From Candidatus Bathyarchaeia archaeon (GTDB taxonomy: Archaea > Thermoproteota > Bathyarchaeia > Bathyarchaeales > Bathycorpusculaceae): 64,000 nucleotides of DNA. The stretch is taken from positions 96,735 to 160,734 of the forward strand of contig JBEKGO010000002.1 of the NCBI GenBank assembly GCA_050012755.1, given 5' to 3'. The stretch's first letter is position 1. Every line of letters starts with the position of its first letter. The notes beneath the pieces were generated by a model. The model was given only the letters and a program-made list of their open reading frames with translations. It made no database searches and was not told the origin of the DNA. The translations under genes were made by a program, and so were the position numbers. Below, one piece after another: positions 50,496-59,154 of this stretch.

Positions 50496-50523
50496 TTAGG
50501 TCAGCCTAATTAGGTTAACCTAA
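50496..50523 (-). promoter_or_regulatory. Two tandem DtxR/MntR/SirR-type boxes
   Basis: TTAGGTCAGCCTAA (50496-50509) and TTAGGTTAACCTAA (50510-50523), 1 nt upstream of the ABC ATG and next to a DtxR-family gene. Confidence 0.8.
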
Positions 50524-50608
50524 GTAATAGCTGTTCAATAAAAATCTTTCTCCGGAAGAGTTACGTGGGCAAAACGTAATCCACGAGAAATTATATAATC
50601 AAAAACGT

Positions 50609-51043
50609 TTACTTTGCTTTAATTGCAGAAACTAGACAACATTTGCCTTTCGGAATAGTATTTCCATGAGGACAATGTCTAGGGTGATTCAATAGCGTGC
50701 ATAACGCATTCGTAAATTCTTCGTCCATGTGGTGTTCCATGCCGCAGACGGTTTCTTCTCGAATGTCTGTTTTAAGTGCTTCCTTCATCAACACTTCAGT
50801 CAGTCTATGAGCGCGAATAATTCTTCTTGCTACTATCCTCCCCTTTTCCGCAAGTTCAATGCCCAGTCTCGCCTTGTAAATTACATAGCCTTCTTTCTCT
50901 AATTTCTTAAGCATCTCTAAGGCGCTCGGAGCTGCTACTCCTAGGTGATCTGCCACCCATGTGAGGTGCGCTAGTTTTTCACCCCTTTCTTCTGAAATCC
51001 AAAGTGCTTCTAAATATTCTTCGACGCTTTCCGAAGTGGGCAT
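50609..51043 (-). CDS. DtxR/MntR-family metal-dependent regulator (no FeoA domain)
   Basis: SVEEYLEAL, RAHRLTE, MEHH, CPHGNTIP. Confidence 0.92.
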   Translation of the reverse strand: MPTSESVEEYLEALWISEERGEKLAHLTWVADHLGVAAPSALEMLKKLEKEGYVIYKARLGIELAEKGRIVARRIIRAHRLTEVLMKEALKTDIREETVCGMEHHMDEEFTNALCTLLNHPRHCPHGNTIPKGKCCLVSAIKAK

Positions 51044-51318
51044 GAATGATTTTAAAAAAGCTTTCTTTTGTTTAATTAATTGCCCAAGTTTGCCTTCAGC
51101 TGTCAAGATTTATCAACTTAACGTCGGTTAAATTTGTAGCTATCTTAAAAATAATGTATGTTTAAGGACTTAAAAGTTTGTTCTATTTGCTGCTCTAGGG
51201 TGCGGCGCGCGCTATGAATTGTAGTCCTAATTAGTAAATTGTTGATTTTAGCATGTTTTGAAACGTGACTGTTATTAGCCTCGGTCTTAACTCTTCTAAG
51301 CATCTGTTGACTCGTCAT

Positions 51319-51831
51319 ATGAAAAAAACCAAATTCCTCATATCTGCTACATTAGCTGTTCTCATGTTAACGTCATTAATGATTCTTTCAGCATTTGCCT
51401 CCACAGCCACATTTCCCACTTTCACCTTGTCTTCATCATCGACACAATTACATTATGCGCTACCTACAGGCACTCAGTTTAATGGTTCAATTTTAACTAC
51501 TGGTCCGGTTCGCTTTTTCTTAAGCGCACCCAACGGAACCGTTATTGTCAACTTGGGCTTAGTGGATAAAGCCACCACATTTAGTTTCACTGCATGGCAG
51601 ACTGGAAACTATACATTGAATTTCGAGAATGACCTGCCTAACTCGATTCAAGTGACATTCTCTTATGTAACAAACCCAGATATTTCAGGCGACAGCAATT
51701 CAGGAGGAATACCCCTAATCTACTTACCGATATTCATAATTATCACCGTCTTCGGAAGCATTCTAATCATTTTTGTCGCACGTCGAAAAAACTTGAAACA
51801 AAATAGCGAAAATGGCTTTTTGACCCCCTGA
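51319..51831 (+). CDS. Type I membrane protein with p24/emp24 GOLD-like domain
   Basis: Signal peptide, F.L.APNG...FSFTA.QTGNYTLNFEN, C-terminal TM helix and basic tail. Confidence 0.6.
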   Translation: MKKTKFLISATLAVLMLTSLMILSAFASTATFPTFTLSSSSTQLHYALPTGTQFNGSILTTGPVRFFLSAPNGTVIVNLGLVDKATTFSFTAWQTGNYTLNFENDLPNSIQVTFSYVTNPDISGDSNSGGIPLIYLPIFIIITVFGSILIIFVARRKNLKQNSENGFLTP

Positions 51832-51834
51832 AAG

Positions 51835-52404
51835 GTCTTAAATCTGCATAGTGTAGAAGCGATTATTTATGAGTAAAATAAACAGGGAAGTTCGTTTGCA
51901 CCTCGCACTTATCGGTGTAAATCTAATCTTTTTGGGATTATTTTTCTTTATAATAAGTTTGTTGAAATTTTATGAAGAAAGCTCTATTTTACCAATAGTA
52001 GAAATATCTTTCGTTCTTATTGGCAGTCTAATGGTTTTTATTGGGTTAAAAGGCTTTAATCGAAATAGCCCAAAAGTGTTAGATAGTCTCTTTGACAGTA
52101 ACAAGTCTTAAATCTGAACAGCGTAGAAATAGAAGAATCAAAAGAAACAACGGTAGCAAAAACTAAAGTGGGAGAAGATAAGTACGACCGAAAATAAAGT
52201 GATTGGTTATTTAGATTTCTTTGGCAAAGTGAACGCCGTTGTAGTTAAAGATGGAAAAGTTGAACTCCAAGAAACCAAAATAAAAAAGTCTGATTGTTGC
52301 TGGATAGATTAGAAAAATAATTTTTGTTTTTCGCAATATTTAGCCAAGTTTAATTTCACTATTTTCATTGATGATAAGTCTTAAATCTGAAAAGTGGAAA
52401 TAGA
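51835..52404 (+). repeat. Three copies of GTCTTAAATCTG-nAnAGnG(TA)GAA at ~270-bp spacing
   Basis: Copies at 51835, 52105 and 52378 (spacings 270 and 273), each with an identical 12-bp core. Confidence 0.8.
51869..52111 (+). CDS. Small two-TM hypothetical protein
   Basis: Two hydrophobic helices; starts 34 nt after repeat copy 1 and its stop lies inside copy 2. Confidence 0.5.
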   Translation: MSKINREVRLHLALIGVNLIFLGLFFFIISLLKFYEESSILPIVEISFVLIGSLMVFIGLKGFNRNSPKVLDSLFDSNKS

Positions 52405-52419
52405 CCATGGGCAGAGTCA

Positions 52420-52542
52420 ATGATTAATGAAGAAATTAGGAATCAAATCCATGAAGCTGCAGTTGAAATACTTGAAGCTGTAATAGGTTTTGCAGAAAAA
52501 ACAAAAACAGCTTTTAGAAGAATCAAGAAAAAGATTACTTAA
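52420..52542 (+). CDS. 40-aa helical hypothetical microprotein
   Basis: MINEEIRNQIHEAAVEILEAVIGFAEKTKTAFRRIKKKIT, downstream of repeat copy 3. Confidence 0.35.
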   Translation: MINEEIRNQIHEAAVEILEAVIGFAEKTKTAFRRIKKKIT

Positions 52543-52751
52543 TTATGGTTAGTCAAACCCAAATATCTGCCTGCTGTAATGTGGGAAGAGAAGTATGACA
52601 AGTTTAGAGGACTTGAGCAACATCAAGAACGTCCAACTATTCTATTTTATTGGTATTATATTTAGACTGGCTGTTTTATCACTTCTGTGTACGCAGCCTA
52701 CAAACAAAAAAATTAATGAAACCCCGTTGGCTTTTGCTTTCCCCATTTTTC

Positions 52752-52800
52752 CTTTGGACTTTTTAGACTTAATTTGACTTTTCTTGACTTTTTTTGACTC
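52752..52800. repeat. Five phased T-tract-GACT repeats (~10-bp period)
   Basis: GACT at 52757, 52766, 52776, 52786 and 52796, each preceded by a T-rich run. Confidence 0.7.
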
Positions 52801-52937
52801 AACCTGCAAAGGATTCAAGCTCTATTTCAAAAAAGCAGCCTAAAACACAAAGAACAAAACTTGCGCTAAAATCCGTCAATAAGTGATTTAACCATTAAAT
52901 TTAAATTGACAATTTTATCATTCTGAGCTTTCATTTT

Positions 52938-54068
52938 TTAGGATTCAATGCCTTTTTGGTGTTCTCTCTCGGTTTCTGAATCCTTTTTTCTGGTATTTTC
53001 CATTCTTCTTTTCAGGTCTTCAGGTTTGGCGGCAAGCAGGTTTTTAGCTCCAACAACTTGTACGCAAATAAAGCCCACAAATAAGGGGAACCAGAAGCCT
53101 GCGCTTCTTAGAACGACTGCGGCGATTCCGCTTATTCCAGGGTTTATTCCGTAGAGCAGGAAAATCGTGGCCAAAAGAATCTCAAGTGAACCAACAGAGA
53201 AGCTTGCTGCGGCATCTTGAACTGCGACGGCTATGAAGAAGACAACGATGTAGAACTCTGGGTTTGAAGAAGGTATTCCCAATGCATAAAAAACCAGGAC
53301 ATAGACTAGTAGTCCAAGTATGTATGATATTGAGTGAAAGAAAAAAGGTTTTACCAGTAATTTTGGGTTTTCACGGAAATTTCGAAAACCATTGTAAAAA
53401 TCTTCAAGTGATTTTCTAGTTTTATCTATTTCGCTTAAGCGGTAATGTTTTGGTCTGAACGTTTTTAGAAGTATAAGATAAAGTTTTGTTATGTTTTTTG
53501 CAGCTTGTTTTCCAATCGCTAAATACAGGAGAACTCCCATGTAAATCGTTACTCCAACCAAGAACAAGATGAAAACATTCGTTATGGTTGGCGAAACACT
53601 TGGCTTCAAAAATATTAGCACTGCTCCACCGTATAACCCAACAGTTACCACGGTGTATGCAACTATACGGTTAGTTACTGCTGCAGAGGCAAGAGCACCG
53701 TAATTTTCTTGTGTTTCTTTCTGAACTAGATATAGTCTTGTTAACTCACCACAAACTGTGGCGCATGGAACAACTAAATCTGTAAAGTAACTAACCCAAT
53801 AGTACAGGTAAGCTCGCCTGTAAGAAACTCTGATTGAAAGTGCTCTAAGGATATTGTTCCAAGCTACCGACCAAAAAAACACGGACGCCAAAACTGCAAG
53901 CAGAGCAAGTGAATAATAAAACGCGTATTGTGATGAGTTTACCTTGTTTAAAACTAATGTTATTTGAGATAAGCCAATGTAGAAGTAGAGATAAAGGGCG
54001 AAAACTACTAAACCTGCAATCATAAACAGAAAAGACTTTTTAAGTGACAGGTATCGCACAAACGACAA
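52938..54068 (-). CDS. UPF0104/AglD2-like (LPG synthase TM) flippase-like membrane protein
   Basis: P.ATVCGELTRLY, GSLE and LRSAGFW motifs with many TM helices. Start is approximate. Confidence 0.8.
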   Translation of the reverse strand: MSFVRYLSLKKSFLFMIAGLVVFALYLYFYIGLSQITLVLNKVNSSQYAFYYSLALLAVLASVFFWSVAWNNILRALSIRVSYRRAYLYYWVSYFTDLVVPCATVCGELTRLYLVQKETQENYGALASAAVTNRIVAYTVVTVGLYGGAVLIFLKPSVSPTITNVFILFLVGVTIYMGVLLYLAIGKQAAKNITKLYLILLKTFRPKHYRLSEIDKTRKSLEDFYNGFRNFRENPKLLVKPFFFHSISYILGLLVYVLVFYALGIPSSNPEFYIVVFFIAVAVQDAAASFSVGSLEILLATIFLLYGINPGISGIAAVVLRSAGFWFPLFVGFICVQVVGAKNLLAAKPEDLKRRMENTRKKDSETEREHQKGIES

Positions 54069-54225
54069 ATTTGGTTCACACAGTATTACGCAAAATCTTT
54101 TGTTATTGTTAAGATAGACTTTAGGGTTATATTCTTTTTCCGCCAAGACGAGGATTGGTTGGTATCCAAAGAGGCGGAAGATTCTGTCGTTAATGTTCAA
54201 TAATTAAAAACAAAATATTGGGTTT

Positions 54226-55617
54226 TCATTGTTTATTGTTTAGTTCCTGTTTCTTTAGATGGATAGCTGCTACGGTGACGTTAACGTTTTTTTCTTCAAC
54301 GACAAGTATTATTTGTGAAGTGTGAGGAGCAAAAATACCGCGTTTAATGTTGATGCCTGATATTGCGCTGATAGCCAATGAAGCAACACCTGGAGAATCC
54401 TTCATCCTGTCGCCAATCAAGGTAACGACTCCTAAACCGTACTCTATTTTCATGTTTTCATCAAAGCCTTTGAGTTTTTCCTCGTTTTTCTTTAGGAAAT
54501 CTGAGTCTAAGAAGAGGAAATCGCGAATCTGCTCGCCTGTCTCCATGATTTCTGCGCCCAAATCCATAAAATCATTTCTTCTTTCCCAAATTCTAAGAGA
54601 ATCCTCCAATGAGCGGCTTTTCTCGTCATTCATTGATAAGATTGCACAACGAGATTTGCCTGTTAAACATTTCACTATTTCTCCGCCGCTTGTTTCTGCC
54701 TCAATTACCGAGTACATTTTTGGCTCATCGATCGGTACTATTCTCAAAGGTTGCATGAAGCGCCGCGCCATCGCGATTGCTGGACTCTGCACAATTTTCA
54801 TACCCATCATTGAAGCCTTATGAGCCTCATTATAAGTAAGCGCCAAAACATGCTCAGTTTTCTGCCCACGCACAACTTTGGGGTCAGCACTTTGAACTAG
54901 CACATCTTTATGCAGCAAAGTTTCAGTTTTGTACAAATCTTTTAGGAGACAGGAAACGAAAACCGCTGTTAAGTCTGAACCGCCTCTGCCTAATATGGTT
55001 TCAAGACCATCAGTTGTGACGCCTAAGAAACCTGCCAAACAAACAATTTTGCCGTCTTCAAGCGGTTCAATTAATGTATGAATCCTTTTTTTGCTTAATT
55101 CGTAGTTAGGTATGGCGTCTTCAAAATTGTCGTCGGTTACAATCGGCCAATTTTCAAGCGAGACACTGCATGAATCCAAACCGTTGCTCTTCAAAATGTA
55201 ATCGGCCAATGTGGACATTGCAAGTTCTCCGCCTAACGTAAGGATTCTTGCTTTAATGTTGCCGCTAAAACGCTTGTTAACGGATTCAAGAGTTGCCAAG
55301 GTTAAAGCTTTGTAGTTAGCCAACTCATTTTCAGCAGGTTTGAGATATTTGCCCTTGACATAAGCTTTCGCTAGTCCCTCATAAACTTCAAAAATTGGAT
55401 CTAAAGGAAGCGAGCATGCTTCTGCATAAGACTCACCTATGTTAATGAGTGCGTCAGTGCAGCCTGCAGGGGCTGAAAAAACAACGATTGGACCAAAGCC
55501 GTCTTTTTGGTTGATTTCTTTTATTCTTTTTACGATTTTTGGGATTCCTTTTCCTTCAACATCCAAGAGGCTGCCGCCGAATTTTGCAATTGAAAGAGCC
55601 TTTAAAGCACATTCCAC
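54226..55617 (-). CDS. lysC: Aspartate kinase
   Basis: AKFGGS, LGRGGSDLTA, ADPK, C-terminal ACT domain. Confidence 0.88.
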   Translation of the reverse strand: MECALKALSIAKFGGSLLDVEGKGIPKIVKRIKEINQKDGFGPIVVFSAPAGCTDALINIGESYAEACSLPLDPIFEVYEGLAKAYVKGKYLKPAENELANYKALTLATLESVNKRFSGNIKARILTLGGELAMSTLADYILKSNGLDSCSVSLENWPIVTDDNFEDAIPNYELSKKRIHTLIEPLEDGKIVCLAGFLGVTTDGLETILGRGGSDLTAVFVSCLLKDLYKTETLLHKDVLVQSADPKVVRGQKTEHVLALTYNEAHKASMMGMKIVQSPAIAMARRFMQPLRIVPIDEPKMYSVIEAETSGGEIVKCLTGKSRCAILSMNDEKSRSLEDSLRIWERRNDFMDLGAEIMETGEQIRDFLFLDSDFLKKNEEKLKGFDENMKIEYGLGVVTLIGDRMKDSPGVASLAISAISGINIKRGIFAPHTSQIILVVEEKNVNVTVAAIHLKKQELNNKQ

Positions 55618-55876
55618 CTAATTTGAGTTAGCAAAGATAATAATGCTTTAACAATTAAAATTTTCTATAGTTAAAGGCGGTTAAAAATTAAATTCCTTAG
55701 AAGATTCCATGGATTGTTTTCTGCTAAATACAAAAATTGCGACCAGCGTGACACCGATAATGTCTTCGGCTGCTATTGCCCATATCAGATAGGTTTGATG
55801 CTGCTTTTTAGCCTGAGCTCTATAGGAAAAGAAAATAAGTGGCTTGAGACTCAAATTACTGTAAGGTTTTGTTAAT

Positions 55877-56293
55877 ATGTACGACGGTTATGTACTTTTT
55901 TGTAATAACGTTTCCCAGCAACAATGCTTAAGCAAAAAACGCTATACTTGGGCACCAAATGAATCTGCTCATTTAGAAGAAATCAAAGCAGGAACAGTTG
56001 TTTTCCTCTTCAATACAGACAATAAAGCTTTGCTGGGACCATTTACAACTTTGAGTGAAGGAGACGAATTAGACGCTGGTACATGGGTTATGGATGTAGA
56101 TGAAAACAATATGCCCTACGAAGACGTTAAAGTGACTTGGGAAGACCTGCACATTCTGCAAAATGCCCCTGAAAAACTCCCGTTTCTAAACGAGACAAAA
56201 ACATGTAAGCTATCAACCACTCAAACCCAGCGCGCTCTGGATCTGCTAAAAGATGGACCACTTTATCTTCATGAAAAAGATAAGGCAAAATAA
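55877..56293 (+). CDS. DCD (development and cell death)/EVE-like domain protein
   Basis: GYVLFCNN...C...Y.....I.AG..VFLFN.....LLGPF.....G......W resembles the DCD consensus as recalled. Confidence 0.6.
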   Translation: MYDGYVLFCNNVSQQQCLSKKRYTWAPNESAHLEEIKAGTVVFLFNTDNKALLGPFTTLSEGDELDAGTWVMDVDENNMPYEDVKVTWEDLHILQNAPEKLPFLNETKTCKLSTTQTQRALDLLKDGPLYLHEKDKAK

Positions 56294-56301
56294 TTTTAAA
56301 T

Positions 56302-56475
56302 CTATTCCTTTTCTAATTTTTTTGCTTCTAAGCTAACAATCTTGTGACAGTTAATGCATCGGGTAAAAGTCAATTCGAAACCGTTTAGGATGTCAAAACA
56401 TCGTTGCGTGTACAATCCATCTGTACCATGACTACAATTACGTAGACTAGCGTCAACTATCCTCTCTTCATCCAT
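56302..56475 (-). CDS. 57-aa putative zinc-binding microprotein
   Basis: MDEERIVDASLRNCSHG...TRCINCHK; AAGGAGA SD upstream. Confidence 0.55.
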   Translation of the reverse strand: MDEERIVDASLRNCSHGTDGLYTQRCFDILNGFELTFTRCINCHKIVSLEAKKLEKE

Positions 56476-56656
56476 TCTCCTTTCTCCAAATTTCTAGAAG
56501 CAAAAATATAGTAATAACTCTTTGGGAAAGCAACATTCTAGAAGAATTTTGTTAAGTAAAGAAATCTGCACTAAGAAACAACTGTGTTTAGTCCAGAAAC
56601 CTATACAAAAACTCCTCTCAGCTAGAGACAAGCGATACGATATCTTGATACCAAAA

Positions 56657-57150
56657 TGACAAAAGCGCACTAATAGCTGCTATCATCCTATCCAATTTTT
56701 TAACCTAATCATTAGCAGAAACACAAGCTCCAACACCACCTAATGTTCCCACTTTAGGCCCTGTCATAATTTGCTCAGACGGAGATAATGGAACTAATGT
56801 CAAAACATTTTCTCCTCAAAACCAGACTTATTCAAACAATCAAATCCAACTGAGTTTTTCAGTAAAGGTAGTTGGAATGTTTGGGCAATTTTACAATGTT
56901 GAATAAAGTTTAGATGGCGGAATCACTAATAGTGTAAGTAACTTTGCCAATAAATCAGCAGATAATGTGGACACTCCAGATTGGTATTGGAACCCTACAA
57001 CAGCTTTTGTAAGTTTGGTTTTGTCTCAGCTTTCTGAAGGAACACATAAAGTTGGGTTTACTACAGAGGGCAATATTTGGGAATCCCAGAAAACCCAAGT
57101 TTGCAAAGATTTGAAGTGTTGACATATGCAAATGTTAATTTTACAAGCCT
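56657..57150 (+). pseudogene. Degraded secreted/surface protein gene
   Basis: Fragments (signal-like start, SPQNQTYSNNQIQLSFSV...SLDGG, LSEGTHKV) broken by stops and frameshifts. Boundaries approximate. Confidence 0.45.
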
Positions 57151-57254
57151 TTATCATCTCAGCGGAAAAACATTGTTATCGGTAGTGGCGTGCACCCAAA
57201 AAAATACGAAAGAGAGAGGGCGTAAAAGGAACCTGTCGAGTGCACGTCACACAT

Positions 57255-57524
57255 TCATGATCTTCTCAGGTGCAGATGGAAAAGTGCTCCATAACTTCTT
57301 CTTGATTTGCTGTAGTTCTGCTGCAGTTTGGTTTTCGGGTAGGCTATTTTTTGTGTGTCTTTGCTTGTGATGAAAACGGATCCGCCGTTTCTCAGGTGCT
57401 CTTTAACTTGGAGAAAATTCACCTGAGTTGCCTCTTGTACTTCCACGTCTTCGCTGGCGTCATTGTCTAGCAATAGAACCTGGAATACTGGCGTCTTTGT
57501 ATTTTTGTTTAAAATCAAGAACAT
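57255..57524 (-). CDS. Hypothetical protein
   Basis: ORF with a plausible domain (FQVLLLD..VEVQE..V.F..VKEHL..GGSVFITS). Confidence 0.55.
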   Translation of the reverse strand: MFLILNKNTKTPVFQVLLLDNDASEDVEVQEATQVNFLQVKEHLRNGGSVFITSKDTQKIAYPKTKLQQNYSKSRRSYGALFHLHLRRS

Positions 57525-57610
57525 CCTTTCCTCAGTTTGAGATTAATCTTATATTAAATTCAAAAATTCTTAAAACTATGTGACTGCCAAAACACAATCA
57601 CAAGGCTATA

Positions 57611-58267
57611 TTACTGCAAAACAAACGTTAGAATTTTACTTTCCTTTAACGTTTTAACTACTAAATCAGGCTTTTCTTTTTCAAGTTCTTGCTTAGAATA
57701 GACGCCTGTTGTAACAGCAACGCAGTCCATGCCTGCAGATTTAGCGGCTTTAACACCGAAAATAGAATCCTCAAAAACCACGCATTTTTCAGGGCTCATT
57801 TTCAGTTCAGAAGCCGTTCTTAGGAAAATCTCAGGGTCAGGTTTCGAGTGAGAAACAGATTCGGCAGTTAATATGACTTCAAAATATTTCTTTAAGTCTT
57901 TTGCTTCTGTCAGATGCATGATTACTGAGCAGTTATTCATTGATGCCAAGCCCAATTTGATTTTACAGTCCAGGGCTTCAAGAAGCTCTCTAGCGCCCGG
58001 AAACAGTTTCACTTGATTTGTTAATTCGATTTCTAGTTGGCTCTTCCGCTCAATTAAATGTTGAACCAATTTTTCGTCGAACGACTTCCCAGCTGACCGC
58101 AATATTTCACGGAAAGTCTCCGCAGCGCCAATTCCGATTCGCCGTTCAATATATTCATCGGTTACTTTACAATTTATCTCGCTCAGGGCTTTTTGAAATG
58201 AGACTACAATTACTTGCCTTGTGTCAGCTAATGTGCCGTCCCAATCGAAAATAACTGCTTCAAACAT
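57611..58267 (-). CDS. HAD-family phosphatase (beta-PGM/CbbY-like)
   Basis: FDWDGTL, KPDPEIF, FEDS. Confidence 0.92.
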   Translation of the reverse strand: MFEAVIFDWDGTLADTRQVIVVSFQKALSEINCKVTDEYIERRIGIGAAETFREILRSAGKSFDEKLVQHLIERKSQLEIELTNQVKLFPGARELLEALDCKIKLGLASMNNCSVIMHLTEAKDLKKYFEVILTAESVSHSKPDPEIFLRTASELKMSPEKCVVFEDSIFGVKAAKSAGMDCVAVTTGVYSKQELEKEKPDLVVKTLKESKILTFVLQ

Positions 58268-58276
58268 AGTCAGGTC

Positions 58277-59083
58277 TTACTGCAGGTTTAGTTTTTCTCT
58301 TATCGCTTGGCTTTTCTTCGTTGCTTCCTCGATAGCGCGTATCATTGCTGGCCTAATTTGACTCTGTTCAATCTGGTAAATAGCTTCGATAGTTGTTCCG
58401 CCCGGTGTCGTGGTCATGTCCCTTATTTTTGCTGGATCCTCATGTAGGTCAAGAACAAGTTTTCCCGTACCCATAACAGTTTGAGCAGCACAAGTCAACG
58501 CAATGTTGCGCGGCAACCCAACTTTCAATCCCGCATAAGTCAAAGCCTCAATAATTATTGACATATACCCTGGTCCACTGCCACTTATAGCCGTAATAGC
58601 ATCCATGTATTTTTCATCCATTTCTTCGCAGATGCCCATCATATTCAAAATTGTCTTGACATTCTCTTTGTCCTCGGCTGTGACGTTTGATTCGCAGACG
58701 TAAGCTGTGAAGGCTGCTTGAACGAGGGCTCCTAGATTTGGCATTATACGTACGATTTTTGCATCGGGGGCATTTTTCTTCAAAAAGCTCAAAGGCACAG
58801 TCGCAGCGACCGAAACCAATAGTTTACCCTTAATTTCCTTGCTGATTTCTCTGAGAACCTTTTCCACATCACCCGGTTTAACGATGATAAAAATGATGTC
58901 TGCATCGCCTGCGGCTTTTCTATTATCAGAAGAAGTTTTTACTCCAAGGGCTTCAAACTCTTTGAGTTTTTCAACTTGGATATCAACTGCTGTTATTTTG
59001 CCCTGATAGCCGCCTTTGACTAAGCTTTTGATTATGCCACCGCCCATCATTCCTGCTCCGATTACTGTTATTTTATCTTTCAT
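58277..59083 (-). CDS. proC: Pyrroline-5-carboxylate reductase
   Basis: IGAGMMG, RIMPN, SGSGPGY, TTPGGTT. Confidence 0.95.
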   Translation of the reverse strand: MKDKITVIGAGMMGGGIIKSLVKGGYQGKITAVDIQVEKLKEFEALGVKTSSDNRKAAGDADIIFIIVKPGDVEKVLREISKEIKGKLLVSVAATVPLSFLKKNAPDAKIVRIMPNLGALVQAAFTAYVCESNVTAEDKENVKTILNMMGICEEMDEKYMDAITAISGSGPGYMSIIIEALTYAGLKVGLPRNIALTCAAQTVMGTGKLVLDLHEDPAKIRDMTTTPGGTTIEAIYQIEQSQIRPAMIRAIEEATKKSQAIREKLNLQ

Positions 59084-59154
59084 AAGATCTCACTTTGCTA
59101 CATTATGGTCTATTGTTTTCGCTCTTTAAACTTTTGTTGCCCAAAAAATGTTAT

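Noticed and set aside
51835-52404. CRISPR array
   Set aside because: Only three imperfect repeats with ~240-bp intervals, and no cas genes.
48625-52930. Integrated element at tRNA-Ala
   Set aside because: No integrase and no duplicated tRNA 3' end found by eye; only circumstantial signs.
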